From assembly GCA_039679545.1 (NCBI GenBank), contig JBDKUT010000008.1, positions 1-57,932 of the forward strand: DNA of 57,932 nt, in the 5' to 3' direction. The position numbers were made by a program, and so were the translations under genes. Under the pieces are notes generated by a model. That model did not search any database and had not been told where the DNA came from. It worked only from the letters and a program-made list of their open reading frames with translations. Of this stretch, positions 40,800 through 51,609 are shown in pieces. This DNA comes from Thermotogota bacterium. Lineage in GTDB: Bacteria > Bipolaricaulota > Bipolaricaulia > UBA7950 > UBA9294. The stretch's first letter is position 1; every line of letters begins with the position of its first letter.

Positions 40800-41126
40800 G
40801 TGGGGTACATGAGGCATCGTGGAGAATCCGCTGTTACCATCGACAAGCCCCTTGATGATGTCTACGCAGCGCTCGTACAGGCTGGTGCTGCAATTGGAGC
40901 CATCAAGGAGCAGAGCAGACTGGCCGGGTACGTTGTGATACGCACGCGGATGAGTCTGTTCCCTCCCAAGAATCCGGCTACCGTCCGAGTGTCAGTCAAG
41001 AAGACAGGAGATACTCAGACCGAGGTCTCCTTTCAATCTGACTCGCTGGACGGGATAGTTGGGTTCGGATCTGCTGGGAAGGGCATCGACGAAGTTATCA
41101 GGGAACTGGAGCGCGCGTTGTCATAG
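40800..41126 (+). CDS. Hypothetical protein (108 aa)
   Basis: AGGAGG RBS, coding-like alpha/beta pattern. Confidence 0.65.
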   Translation: MGYMRHRGESAVTIDKPLDDVYAALVQAGAAIGAIKEQSRLAGYVVIRTRMSLFPPKNPATVRVSVKKTGDTQTEVSFQSDSLDGIVGFGSAGKGIDEVIRELERALS

Positions 41127-41329
41127 GTGACTGGGACCCGCAGGAGATCCCTGCCACTACTGACGGGGATGGTTCTCGTGGCGCTCCGAAGGGGTACTCC
41201 TCCCTCCATCCCTTGGTGGCAGAGTTGGTGGGACGCAAGGTCGAATAGGGTGCGCGTAGGAGGCTGGGAGTGTCGGCTTGGTCTGGCTGTCTAGCGAGAG
41301 CTGCTTCCGCGAGAGGTTCAAGAGAGAGG

Positions 41330-42190
41330 ATGCAGGCATTCTGTGCTGCCTTGATGCTCATCTTGTGCTCTGCGATTCCAGGCTCTGCACAGTCTATGCA
41401 GAGCCATGAAGGTGCGAGCGCATCGATCGTGTATGTGGAGGTAACGCGAGGCCAGGACACATACTGTGCATCGGGGTTCGTCTTCCACAGGTCAGGTCTC
41501 ATAGCCACATGCTACCACGTGGTAGAACTCGCTGACGGCGTCCGCGTACGCTCGGCAAGCGGGACGTGGTACACCGCCAAGGTCGTAGGTACTGACGGGA
41601 TCAACGATCTAGCCGTTCTGCAGATCGACTCCACGCGGTTGCCCCCATTGAAGCTGGGACTGGCTGCGCACCTCTCATATGGTCAGGATGTCATTGCCTA
41701 CGGGTATCCTTTGTGCGGAAGCTGGTTGGGACAAGATGTGGTTGCCACGCGCGGGGAGATTACCGCAGTCAGAGGCACAGGAGAGGGTCAGGCGTACCAA
41801 TTGCGGCTAGACGCAATGCCGGGCAATAGTGGAGGGCCCTTGCTCAACGATGCTGGCGAAGTCATAGGTGTGCTGTTCCTAGCCGTGAATCCCGTCAAGG
41901 TCTTCCTGTTGACGGGCTGGCTACCGGCTGAGCCTATATCGTTCGCCGTCCCAGTATGGCGCTTGGAGGAGATCACACCGGGGCCAGCTCGTCTGGACGT
42001 CTTCTCCCGGAACGCGAGTTCATCTGCGTACCCTACCGTAGGATCTGGGGTAACCGGGGCACCTGCCTCCTCCGTGGTGGCGCCAGCGGGGCAGCCATCC
42101 AAGTTCTGGCACTACTTCTGGCCGACACTGGGCGTTCTGTGGCTAATCGGACTAGTAGGCGCTTTGGTCACAGGGGCGTTCTGGGAGTAG
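41330..42190 (+). CDS. Trypsin-like (S1C/HtrA-type) serine protease, exported, C-terminal TM, no PDZ
   Basis: ATCYHVV, DLAVL, PGNSGGPL. Confidence 0.88.
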   Translation: MQAFCAALMLILCSAIPGSAQSMQSHEGASASIVYVEVTRGQDTYCASGFVFHRSGLIATCYHVVELADGVRVRSASGTWYTAKVVGTDGINDLAVLQIDSTRLPPLKLGLAAHLSYGQDVIAYGYPLCGSWLGQDVVATRGEITAVRGTGEGQAYQLRLDAMPGNSGGPLLNDAGEVIGVLFLAVNPVKVFLLTGWLPAEPISFAVPVWRLEEITPGPARLDVFSRNASSSAYPTVGSGVTGAPASSVVAPAGQPSKFWHYFWPTLGVLWLIGLVGALVTGAFWE

Positions 42191-42310
42191 TGATCTGCCC
42201 CCGAAAACCGGTCCAAGTTGGGACCTCGAATCGAAAGGAACCGAGGCAGGGATGTCGAGGAAGCGGCATCGACCGGAAGAGGTCATCGCCAAGCTGCGTG
42301 AGGCTGGCCT
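42191..42310 (+). mobile_element. IS3-family left-end remnant
   Basis: TGATCTGCCCCCGAAAACCGGTCCA end; OrfA start MSRKRHRPEEVIAKLREA at 42252, then truncated. Confidence 0.7.
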
Positions 42311-42569
42311 TCTCTCTAGGGCCTCCCACCCACACAGACGGCCCGAACTGAGCTCACTCCTGCCACGTCACCCGCGAAGTTGCGAAGATCGTCAATGACG
42401 GGGAGCCAGCAGGCTGTAACACCGTAGATAAAGCATCTTCAGCCACCCGCCTCGCATGACACTGGCCTCCCGACCTTGGCATCCACCTCGGACCGCTTTT
42501 CGGTGGGGCGGGTCGCTTGCCGCCCCCGGCTAGTCAGAGCTGCCCCACAAAGTGCCGCGCTTCTGTGGC

Positions 42570-42959
42570 CTACCCCGGCGGTGCCATACAACCGCTCCAG
42601 ATCGGGTGGCTGACGTCTCCTCCTTCGAACTCGACCCACACGGACTGTCCCACTTCGGGGACGAATGGCTCACGCGAGTGAAACACTGTGCACGGCACAC
42701 ACGGCACAGCCCAGCTCGTGGCGTTGCCCAGTACCTGCGGAACCGAAACGAGGATTCGTCCGTAGCCCATGGGGTCCTGGTTGTCCACTGTCACGCCGCG
42801 ATACTTGCCAAACCAGCCTGTCCCGCTAAAGGAATGACCGATTTGCCCACCGCCGATGATGAGGGGCGCACCCTGGCCGACCGCAATGGCGTACGCAAGG
42901 GCCCCGACAGCAAGAGATCCTAGTGTCGCGACGACTAACCACGTTCTCCTTTTCGCCAT
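42570..42959 (-). CDS. Gp5/baseplate V OB-fold domain protein with N-terminal signal/TM
   Basis: FGKYRGVTVDNQDPMGYGRILVSVP...WAVPC...PEVGQSVWVEFEGGDVSHPIWSG. Confidence 0.8.
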   Translation of the reverse strand: MAKRRTWLVVATLGSLAVGALAYAIAVGQGAPLIIGGGQIGHSFSGTGWFGKYRGVTVDNQDPMGYGRILVSVPQVLGNATSWAVPCVPCTVFHSREPFVPEVGQSVWVEFEGGDVSHPIWSGCMAPPG

Positions 42960-43654
42960 AGCACAACCACCTCTGACGTAACCTGCCTCCACTGTGGGGG
43001 TTCAGTTCTGGAGTCAGTCTAGCACCCCTCCGCCAACCGTGACGAGCGCTTCAGGCCGCGGGAGCCCAGACCTGCGCAGCAGCCACCGTCAACGACCGTA
43101 TCTCCTCCGCCCTCGGCCATGGAGAAGTTGCAGGAGCGTTCGCCGAGGTGTCCCTGTTGTCGAGCAGAGCCCTTCGACCACCAAGTCGAAGGGCTGTAGA
43201 TGGGCTCCACCTTCCCGCTTGGCCTGCCTCCGAAACCTGGCCCAAGCTAGAGGGCTTGGCCATTAGGGGATGTTTCGAGTTGTCGTGGGGATTGTGGGTC
43301 CGTGCAGGGATACTGAACTCTTCGCCCGCACAGTGTGCGGATCGATCCAAGCGCAACCGTATTGGACGCGTAGTTGCGAAGAGCAACAGTGACGGGGAGC
43401 CTAGAGAGACAGTGCGTGAACGATCTCCGGGTCGAGTTCGGTAAGAGTCTGGAGTTTGTCCGCTACGGAGAGCAAGCGGTCTTCAATGCAGTTCGTGTCT
43501 GCATTACGCTGTTCGAGTCCTCTATTCCCTTGGCCGTCTGTGACTTGTCCACAGGCATCTGCCTGCAGTGCCCCAATCCTGGCATTCCCGCTGGACCGTT
43601 TCTCGTGCGGCGGGCTTACGCCAGCTGGTTGGTCCAGCGTCACAGACTCATGAT

Positions 43655-44167
43655 CTAGTCGCCCACAGGGTGCAATGCCTCTAGCGCTGCTATCTCACAA
43701 CCAGCTACTGTGCCCACATCAAGGAGGTCCTCCGGGACGGCATCGATCCGAACGTAGATGAAACTGCCTTCTGCGGTACCAAGATCGACATCCATTGCGC
43801 CATTTGGGCCCCTCGTCTGAGGATCTGCCTGCGTTGTCGCCACCCAGTTCACCCGATCGACACTCACAGATACAACGAAAGTGTCGTTTTGACCGACCTC
43901 GTACACGCGGAGGTCAGGACCGAAGCCAAGCTCGAATGCCTTTCCCATCTTTGCCACAACAAACGCGCTGGGGCGTAGATTCGCGTAGTCCTTCGTATGC
44001 ATCCAGTCTCTGGGCGGAGGGCCAGGAATGCGTGTTGCCCGACTGCAGCCCGCAGAGTGCTCAATGACCTCAACCGCGTAGACGCTGTCTTTTGAGTCTC
44101 CCCATATAGCTGACGTTCCTAGCACAACCAGGCCAACGACGACTGCCGCGATGCTGGCTTTGCGCAC
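43655..44167 (-). CDS. Exported hypothetical beta-rich protein
   Basis: AGGAGGAGG RBS, signal peptide, DLRVYE/YVRID motifs. Confidence 0.7.
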   Translation of the reverse strand: MRKASIAAVVVGLVVLGTSAIWGDSKDSVYAVEVIEHSAGCSRATRIPGPPPRDWMHTKDYANLRPSAFVVAKMGKAFELGFGPDLRVYEVGQNDTFVVSVSVDRVNWVATTQADPQTRGPNGAMDVDLGTAEGSFIYVRIDAVPEDLLDVGTVAGCEIAALEALHPVGD

Positions 44168-44715
44168 TTCGCCTCCTCCTAACTCGGTCCTTCGGTTGTC
44201 ACTAGAGTGACTAGCAACGATGTTGAATCCACCTCTATGGTGAGTCTAGCAACTCTCCTGACGCTGACCAACAGCTAAGGTGATGGCGGCTAGGAAGTAC
44301 CTTCAGCGCCCGCGGCGCGACGAACACATCCACAAGTGAGCGATCAGTGGGGCTTCCTCCAGCAACAGCGAATCCACACGTGTGGAGCGCCCTGGCCTGG
44401 GCGACGATGCCACCTGCTGCGAAGGAGTGCCCCACCGCTCAAGCGCCGTCGACTTCCGAAGTGCACGCGGCACCGATCAGATCCGCCGGGATCACGAGGC
44501 CGTGCCGAGTTTGAAAGTAGTCCTCTACGGGGAGCCGGAATCACGCGGCGATGTTTCGTGCGGGCTTTCGCAGTTCCAGTTCTCTTCGTCCGTTGGTTTC
44601 CGTCTCGTTCCGATTGCCCCTTCCTCCTCCGCAGAACTCGACGCACAGGGGGTAGCTCCGCGGAAGAGCGGTGCGGCCCGAGAGTCGGGGGCTGCGAAGT
44701 CAGAGTGCTTCGAGA

Positions 44716-45816
44716 TCAGCTGGAGCCCTCAATTCGAAGCGAGTAGCTTGGATCGAGGATGTGGCGGCCGAGGTCGTCGATGTCTTCGTAGGTGTTGGTC
44801 AAGACGACGACGCCCACCTGCTTCTCCTTGATGAACCCGACGTACGCCCAGGCCCCTCCGGTGGCCCCGTGGTGCTCAACTACGGTTCCACCAGGTGTCC
44901 ATCGCAGGTTCCACCCCAGCCCGACGCGCGTTTCCCCGGCCTCGAAGTGCGGCTCGTGAGTCACGGCGATGCTCGGGGCGAGGGGAGTGTCGAGGAGACC
45001 TAGGTTTGCTGCAACGTAGATTCCAAGATCTGTCGCCGTCGAAACGCCGCCACCCGCCCCTGCCAACGTCGGATTGTCCCACCGAGGGAAGACCTCGCCG
45101 CCGCGGTAGCCCGTTGCCAGGCGGTTCGCGATCGCCGCGGTCGGAGTCATGACGGTGGAGGTCATTCCAAGGGGGCCTGCCAGACGCGATGTGAGCAGCT
45201 CCTCGTAGTTCATGCCCGTGCGTAGCTCGAGGATGTGTCCGAGAAGCCCAAAGCCGAGGTTGGAGTACCGATACTTCGTGCCGAGGCTCGGAAGCTGGTA
45301 GCCCGAGAGGAACTCGTAGAGAAGGGCGACGGTGTAGTCCGCGTACGGGTTCATCTCATCCGCAGGTGCGAGGTTGTCGGGGATTACGGGCAGGCCGGAG
45401 GTGTGCGTCGCGAGGTGCAGAAGGGTGATCTCCCTCCCGAAGCGGGTTGGGACAGTCACCGTCTCGGGGAGGTACTGCCGTATCGGATCTTCGAGCCGCA
45501 CTTCGCCGCGGCGCACGGCATCGGCCAGGAGGGTCCCGGTGAACGTCTTCCCAATGGAGCCGATCTCGAATACCGTCTTCTCGTCCGCCTTCTCGGCGCG
45601 AGACGCGGAGACGTAGCCAGCTGAGTAGAACTCCGTTCCCGACGCGGAGACGACACCGAGGACGATTCCCATGTTCAAGCCGCTCTCGATCCGGGCAAGC
45701 ATGGAAGCCTTGACGTCGTCGGGAATGGCCGAGGGCGATTGGCCGCAGGCCTCAACGGCAACCGCCGTCACGAAGAAGAGGACGAGAGCGATTGGCGCAG
45801 AGGTTCGCCTGTACAT
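44716..45816 (-). CDS. Serine hydrolase, class C beta-lactamase/AmpH-like
   Basis: FEIGSIGKTF (SxxK), YSN, HHGATGG; signal peptide. Confidence 0.92.
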   Translation of the reverse strand: MYRRTSAPIALVLFFVTAVAVEACGQSPSAIPDDVKASMLARIESGLNMGIVLGVVSASGTEFYSAGYVSASRAEKADEKTVFEIGSIGKTFTGTLLADAVRRGEVRLEDPIRQYLPETVTVPTRFGREITLLHLATHTSGLPVIPDNLAPADEMNPYADYTVALLYEFLSGYQLPSLGTKYRYSNLGFGLLGHILELRTGMNYEELLTSRLAGPLGMTSTVMTPTAAIANRLATGYRGGEVFPRWDNPTLAGAGGGVSTATDLGIYVAANLGLLDTPLAPSIAVTHEPHFEAGETRVGLGWNLRWTPGGTVVEHHGATGGAWAYVGFIKEKQVGVVVLTNTYEDIDDLGRHILDPSYSLRIEGSS

Positions 45817-46126
45817 TCCGTACACACTTCCCTCCCGACGGCGGCCGTGGTGGCGATAGCTGCTGCGCGGGACGCCGCCGCCCTGCCACGATAGCGTTGG
45901 GCGCCGCACGGAGCAACTCGCCTCAACGCAGGCTGGGACCGCCCTGCCTGCCGCCGATGGCGCGTTGGAGGAGTCCGGGACCGACCTCGCCTAGACAGAC
46001 CCCGCGGTCTCCACAACTGCTTCGGGACGCGGCCGACCTTTGCCGCAGATGGGAGTCCGGACACTGCAACTCGCCTCGCAGGCGGGGTTTTGCCAGCCGT
46101 TTGCTCGACCCGTAGAATGCTGCAGG

Positions 46127-47128
46127 ATGTGTGACCGGGTGTCGAAGTCCAGAGAGAGCGAGGAAGTCGGCACAGGGCGGCGCGCTCCATCGCGGTCCCT
46201 TCGCCAGGTGCTCCGCCAACTCAACGGCGCGTTCGACGCAGGTGGAATCGAAGCCCTGCACGAAGCTCATCTAGACTGTCTTCACAGAAGCAGGCGGTAT
46301 CGTCTCCTGTTCGGGCTCGAGAGGTAGTTCCTGCCCATCACTCCGCTTCTCACCATCACGAAGGACCTCGAACGCCTTGTGGGAGAGTTGGGGGTTCACG
46401 GCGCGTCTCGAGCGATCCTCGCGCACCCGCCCGTTCCGTGGGAGGTCGTGATGCCATCGCGCGGCGAGGAGGAGATCCGCGCGGGTTCGATGATCGTCTA
46501 CGGGACGCACGGCTCCATCCTAACGCCCATTCTGCTTGCCGCGGCGATCAACCGCCCGGATCTCAAGATGGTCGCTGCAGACTACATCGCCAAGCTGGGC
46601 CCCAACATTGCTGGGTGCTCGTTTCCCGTCTACGCCGCGATGCGCGTCACGGTGAAGCGAGCCAGCGACAAGGGCCTGGTCCCCCGAGCCATGGGGTGGA
46701 TTGCTAGCAAGTCGGCGGGGCCCTCGGATCGCGACGCCGTGAGGCAGCGGAACCGCGAGTCCCTTGCGGGAGCGGCCGAGCACGTCCGACAAGGAGGAGG
46801 CCTCATCATCGCTCCCGAATCGCGCAATCGCCGTGAGCCGTGGCGCACGGGGCTCGGAACTCTGGTGGCAGACCTCGCGCGCGATGCAGCCTGCCGACCG
46901 ACCTACTTGGTTCCGTGGAGCATCCGGGGAGCCTCCGTCACGGCCATCTTCCAGCTTCTGTCTCGCAACCCTCTCGCCCGGCGCCTCGGCGCACGACGGT
47001 TTCGTCACCCGGTCCAGGTAGCGTTTGGCGAGCCGATGCTGGTCGAGCGGGTCGTCGCCGAAGCTGGCGACGACCCGGCCGGAATCACGGCCTACCTCGA
47101 GCGCGATTACCGCGGGCGCGGCTTCTAG
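46127..47128 (+). pseudogene. Acyltransferase-like gene interrupted by an in-frame TAG at 46325-46327
   Basis: ORFs ending 46327 and starting 46379 share a frame; GTHGSILTP, IIAPE, VAFGEP PlsC-like motifs. Confidence 0.6.
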
Positions 47129-47257
47129 CGCTCGCGGAAGCGCGACGGCCTCCGACGTGCTGTCTTGCGGACGGCGGGCGGCTTCAGCGGGGTGTGCCGC
47201 GGACGGCGTCCCTATATTCGGCCCGCGCGATCGGCGCTCCGGCATCGTTGGGACGGG

Positions 47258-49186
47258 CTACGCAGACCGTGTGGCGGCCCCTCTCTTGTCCTCGTACATC
47301 AATCGATCGGCCTCGGCGAGGGCTTGGTCGATGGTTTGGCCGCTCTCCGGACTCCAGTGGTACGTGCCGATGGCGAGCGTTACGGGAAACTCGAGGAGGG
47401 GATTCGCCTCGTTCCTTCTGGCCACCTCTGCCAGGATGCGGTTCTTGACCGAGGCGGTCTCGCCATCGGTCTCCGGGAGGACCGCGAGGAACTCGTCGCC
47501 ACCGTAGCGCACGAGGATGTCGGAGCCGCGAAGGCTCTTCTGCAGCACTTCGGCCACGGCCTGGAGAACCCTGTCGCCTATGGCGTGGCCAAACCGGTCA
47601 TTGATCTCCTTGAACCGGTTGATGTCGATCATCAAGAGACCGATCGGCCGCGTGTAGCGCTCCGATCGAGTGGCCTCGCGTTCGAGCAGCTCGCCGAGCG
47701 CGTATCGGTTGAGGGCGCCCGTGAGGGGGTCGTGCCGCGCCATGCGTGCGAGGTCTTCCTCGAACTGCTTTCGGACCAGTGCCTCGCCGATGTGGGCTGC
47801 GATTCCCTCCAGCTGCTCGATCACCGCGAGGGAGAAGAACCCCTTTCGGCGGTCGTTCAGCTGGATGAGTCCGACGATCTTGCCTCGCGCGCGGATGGGC
47901 ACGAGGGCCGCGGAGGCATACCCGGAGTGGATGCACTGATTGCGGGGATGGTAGCGGGGATCTCGATCGGCCGGGACTTCGAGAAGCGGAAAGGAATCGT
48001 TCGTCCAGAAGCTTCCCCCCTTCGTGAAGGACGGACTCGAGGGATCGACCCTGCCGGAGACGACCAGGCCGCAGGTACATTCGAGACTGACGTTTCCCCT
48101 TTCGTCCCGGCACACGCCGCCGTCCGGGCCGCGCCCGACGAGCGTGTTCTCCGTACGCAGAAAGTCCTCAGAGAAGCCTTCCTGGGCCAGGTACGGGAAG
48201 TCGTCGCTGTCCTGGAGGCGCATTCCCACGGCATCTGCACCAGTTCGTGCCTTGACCGTGGCGAGGACACGCTTGATCGAACGATGCAGAGGCTCCGACT
48301 CGTTCAGGATCTCAAGAATCTCGCGGCTCATGCCGCGATAGGTCTCCGCCTGCTTGCGCTCGGCGATGCGGCCAAGTCGCTCGGCGAGGGCGTCGATGAG
48401 CTGCCTCTCCTCCTTCAGGAACGGACCCTCATCCTCATCCGGCCTCGCCTCGAGGTACCCGACCTCGATGAATCCCAGGACGGCCCCGCCGACGCGGACT
48501 GGCGCGGACTGCCTCCAGGGCGGGTCTGCGAAGTTGGTCGTCCGGAAGTCACGTCCTCCGATGACGATTCTGGCGCAGGCGACCTCCTCATGCTGCCAGC
48601 TAGTTGGCAGGGCGTCCGCAAGGGCCTGGCACACCCCGTCCAGGGAGATGCCTTCTCTCTCCGTGATCTCGGACAGGCTGAAGAAGGCCCGCAGCTCCTT
48701 CACGCGTTCGCGGAGCTCGTGCTCTACCTTCTTCCGCGCGGAAATGTCGCGCGCAATACCGAGGACCAGCCTCCGCTTCCCAATCCGCACCGGATGGGTT
48801 CGTATCTCAACGGGGACGATCGTCCCGTCCTTGCGGGTTAGGGTGAACTCGTCCGGCCCGGTCGAATGCCCAAGCAAGTTCCTGGCCAGGAGAGACGCGG
48901 CTTCCAGCACGTCCCCCGGAGATAGAAGCTTCAAGGCAAGGAAGCTCCTGCCGATCAGCTCGGCTCGTCCGTAGCCTGTAATCGCCTCGGCTGCGGCGTT
49001 ACCGTCGACGAAGGTTCCCTTGAGGTCGGAGAGGTAGTACCCGTCCGGCGCATCCTCGAACAGGATCTTGAACCGTTCCTCGGAGCCCTCGAGGCGCGCG
49101 TTCTCTCGCTCGAGCTGGTTGACTCGCTCGCGCAGAAGCTCAAGCTCGTCGTAATCGCCGGTACCCCTCCGCCTTCCGCTTCCCAT
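47258..49186 (-). CDS. PAS/GAF sensor diguanylate cyclase
   Basis: PAS (LFEDAPDG...RKDG..VPVE), GAF, HDPLTGALNR, RGSD I-site, RYGGDEF. Confidence 0.93.
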   Translation of the reverse strand: MGSGRRRGTGDYDELELLRERVNQLERENARLEGSEERFKILFEDAPDGYYLSDLKGTFVDGNAAAEAITGYGRAELIGRSFLALKLLSPGDVLEAASLLARNLLGHSTGPDEFTLTRKDGTIVPVEIRTHPVRIGKRRLVLGIARDISARKKVEHELRERVKELRAFFSLSEITEREGISLDGVCQALADALPTSWQHEEVACARIVIGGRDFRTTNFADPPWRQSAPVRVGGAVLGFIEVGYLEARPDEDEGPFLKEERQLIDALAERLGRIAERKQAETYRGMSREILEILNESEPLHRSIKRVLATVKARTGADAVGMRLQDSDDFPYLAQEGFSEDFLRTENTLVGRGPDGGVCRDERGNVSLECTCGLVVSGRVDPSSPSFTKGGSFWTNDSFPLLEVPADRDPRYHPRNQCIHSGYASAALVPIRARGKIVGLIQLNDRRKGFFSLAVIEQLEGIAAHIGEALVRKQFEEDLARMARHDPLTGALNRYALGELLEREATRSERYTRPIGLLMIDINRFKEINDRFGHAIGDRVLQAVAEVLQKSLRGSDILVRYGGDEFLAVLPETDGETASVKNRILAEVARRNEANPLLEFPVTLAIGTYHWSPESGQTIDQALAEADRLMYEDKRGAATRSA

Positions 49187-49326
49187 GCCTTGCCTCCGGC
49201 GAACCGGGTGTCTCTTGAACCACTCTAGAGTTTTCCACCGACGGAGGCCAGCACAGCGGGTGTGAAAAGAGACGTGCCCCCCGTCCGACAATGAGCGAGG
49301 GGCACAGACTGGTTCTGGCGGACCGA

Positions 49327-50433
49327 TCAGGAGGACAGGTCGACGGCGACGGAGATCGAGATGTCCACGGTCCAGCCGGGCGTGTTTGATTCGTTCGTGA
49401 GAGAGAGCTGCAGGCCAAGGTCAGTGGTCCCGACCGTGAAGTTGACGAGCAGCGTTGCCGCCTGAGTCATGTTCGTCTCGTCACCCGACTGAACGCGCTG
49501 GAGGGTGTACGCCGCTTCGAGCGAGCTTTCGTCGGTCAGGTCACGGTCGTACGACGCCCTCGCAACCATCGTGTTCTCCTCGAGGATGTGGAACGGACCG
49601 TAGAGGCTGGCACGGAACAGGAACTGGCTTGGGGGGTCGGGAGCCAGCGCGGCGTCCGCGGACACGGTTACGAGGAGGTCGCGAGCACCTCCATAAGGGT
49701 CGACGAGTTCGTACCCGAGCCCTGCCTGAACGGCCCAGCCGCAGTTGCGCTCGTCGCCGGTCGCAAGCATGACGTCCTCGACCATGAGAACCTGACGTGG
49801 CTCGATCGTCACGCCGGTCGCAGCTTGGATGACGTCAACCACCGCAGCGGCGGCGTCCTTCACCGTCTCGTACTCGGCTTGACGGGCGATGATCGCGGCC
49901 ATGTCCATGAGGACCTGGTCCGAGAGCGACTCCGAGATCGTCCCGGCCTTGAGAAGCTTGCCCTGGATCGTGAACGCCTTCGCCAGGGGAGTCGTGTCGG
50001 AGAACCGCCCGTATCCCACTCCCGCGCTGAGGCTGACCGCTGGTTGGGGTTGACTGCTGGCCGTCGATGCCTCCAGCCCGCCGAATCCGAACAGCGGCAT
50101 GTCATCCATGAGGTAGTAGCGGAACGTCCCGGCCGCCGAGCCAAGCCCGGACGTGGGGACGAAGTTGTCGAGCAGGATCACGCCGCTCGCCGCGACGGTG
50201 AACCCGACGTCCGGGGAGTCGTAGAGTTGGCTGAAGTCGATGGCCGCGCGGCCACCGCTCTCGTCGAGTTCTTCCGTTCCGGCGTCATCGAAGTAGCGGT
50301 AGCTGAACGAGAAGGTGACGTCCGTCAAGTTGGTCTCCGGCGACACGTAGTCGCACAGGCCGATCGCCGCCGCCGCCGTCGCAACGCCGAGGAGCAATGC
50401 CACACAGACAAGAACCCCTCCCATCCTCTTCAT
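49327..50433 (-). CDS. Exported hypothetical protein, possibly an outer-membrane beta-barrel
   Basis: Signal peptide; amphipathic beta-strand pattern around a helical insert. Confidence 0.7.
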   Translation of the reverse strand: MKRMGGVLVCVALLLGVATAAAAIGLCDYVSPETNLTDVTFSFSYRYFDDAGTEELDESGGRAAIDFSQLYDSPDVGFTVAASGVILLDNFVPTSGLGSAAGTFRYYLMDDMPLFGFGGLEASTASSQPQPAVSLSAGVGYGRFSDTTPLAKAFTIQGKLLKAGTISESLSDQVLMDMAAIIARQAEYETVKDAAAAVVDVIQAATGVTIEPRQVLMVEDVMLATGDERNCGWAVQAGLGYELVDPYGGARDLLVTVSADAALAPDPPSQFLFRASLYGPFHILEENTMVARASYDRDLTDESSLEAAYTLQRVQSGDETNMTQAATLLVNFTVGTTDLGLQLSLTNESNTPGWTVDISISVAVDLSS

Positions 50434-50670
50434 GGCCGATCACCTCATCTGCGAGTGTATAGACAAAGAGCGTCAAGGGGAAAAGGTGAGCCGAAGGGAG
50501 GCCGCCGCGGTGGGGCTGTCCGGCGAGTCGTGCTCGTTCAGGGAGAACTACGCGAGCGGAAGCGGGCTTTGACAAGCGAGCGTTCTTACCTCACCATGAC
50601 AACCTACTCGGGTGGGCGAGACGCGCTTCGGGGAGTGTTCGATACGCTCGATGGGGAGGGGAACAGAAGA

Positions 50671-51609
50671 ATGCGCAAGTACTTCGTCATCGTTAACCCA
50701 GTGTCCGGCCGCGGCGATGGGGCTCGAGCCATTCCGCGCGTTGAGCAGCAGCTCCGAGCTGCGGGCCTTGACTTCCAGCTCGTTCGAACCGAGCGCCCGT
50801 GGCACGCCGCGGAGCTGGCGCGGAAGGCGTCGGCCGACGGGTTCGACGTGGTGGTCTCCGTCGGGGGAGACGGCACGGCGAACGAGGTCTTGAACGGCCT
50901 GATGCAGGCGAAGGACGCGGACGGGCGATGCGCCGTCATGGGCGCGCTCTGCGTAGGACGGGGCAACGATTTCGCCTTCGGAGTCGGAGTGCCGCGGGAT
51001 CTCGCCCTGGGGTGCCAGGCCCTCGCCGGAGATCACGTGCGGGCGATCGACGTCGGGCGCGTGAGCGGCGGCGAGTACCCGAACGGCCGCTACTTCGGAA
51101 ACGGCGTCGGCATAGGGTTTGACACGATCGTCGGCTTCGAGGCACAGAAGCTGAAGCACGTTCATGGATTCGCGGCGTACTTGATCGGCGCGTTGAAGAC
51201 GATCTTTCTCTACTTCCGCGCTCCCCTCGTGCGAATCACCTGCGACGAGCGTACGCTGGAACAGCGGGCCCTTCTCGTCTCGATCATGAATGGGCGGCGC
51301 ATGGGGGGCGGGTTCCTCATGGCGCCGCTGGGAAAGCCGGACGACGGCCGGCTCGACCTCTGCATCGCCGGGCAGGTGACGCGGCGGGGTGTGCTGGCGC
51401 TGATGCCCCGGTTCATGAAGGGGACGCAGGGAACGCATCCTGCCATCACGACGCTTCAGTCCACGCGCGTCTCGGTAGAGGCTATCGACGGGGCGCTGCC
51501 GGCTCACACGGACGGGGAGACGGTCTGCGAGGCGGGCACGCGGCTGAACGTGGAGATCCTTCCAAAGAGGATCTCGATTCTCGTGCCGAGCGAGGCGGTG
51601 AAGCCGTGA
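50671..51609 (+). CDS. Diacylglycerol kinase family lipid kinase
   Basis: VIVNPVSG, GGDGTANEV, GRGNDFA, GIGFD, HTDGE. Confidence 0.93.
   Translation: MRKYFVIVNPVSGRGDGARAIPRVEQQLRAAGLDFQLVRTERPWHAAELARKASADGFDVVVSVGGDGTANEVLNGLMQAKDADGRCAVMGALCVGRGNDFAFGVGVPRDLALGCQALAGDHVRAIDVGRVSGGEYPNGRYFGNGVGIGFDTIVGFEAQKLKHVHGFAAYLIGALKTIFLYFRAPLVRITCDERTLEQRALLVSIMNGRRMGGGFLMAPLGKPDDGRLDLCIAGQVTRRGVLALMPRFMKGTQGTHPAITTLQSTRVSVEAIDGALPAHTDGETVCEAGTRLNVEILPKRISILVPSEAVKP

Larger units (their letters stand above)
33263..44300. mobile_element. Genomic island at tRNA-Asn (right boundary approximate)
   Basis: Integrase abutting the tRNA, compositional shift, recombinases and degraded fragments; no clear second att copy found. 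Confidence 0.7.

Noticed and set aside
40775-42409. Possible second att site (ggttcgagtc at 40775; cggggagccag at 42399) matching tRNA-Asn
   Set aside because: Only 10-11 bp and island-like sequence continues beyond both; cannot be distinguished from chance
42994-44700. Short ORFs around 43000-43650 and 44235-44700
   Set aside because: No consistent frame or motifs; probably decayed fragments
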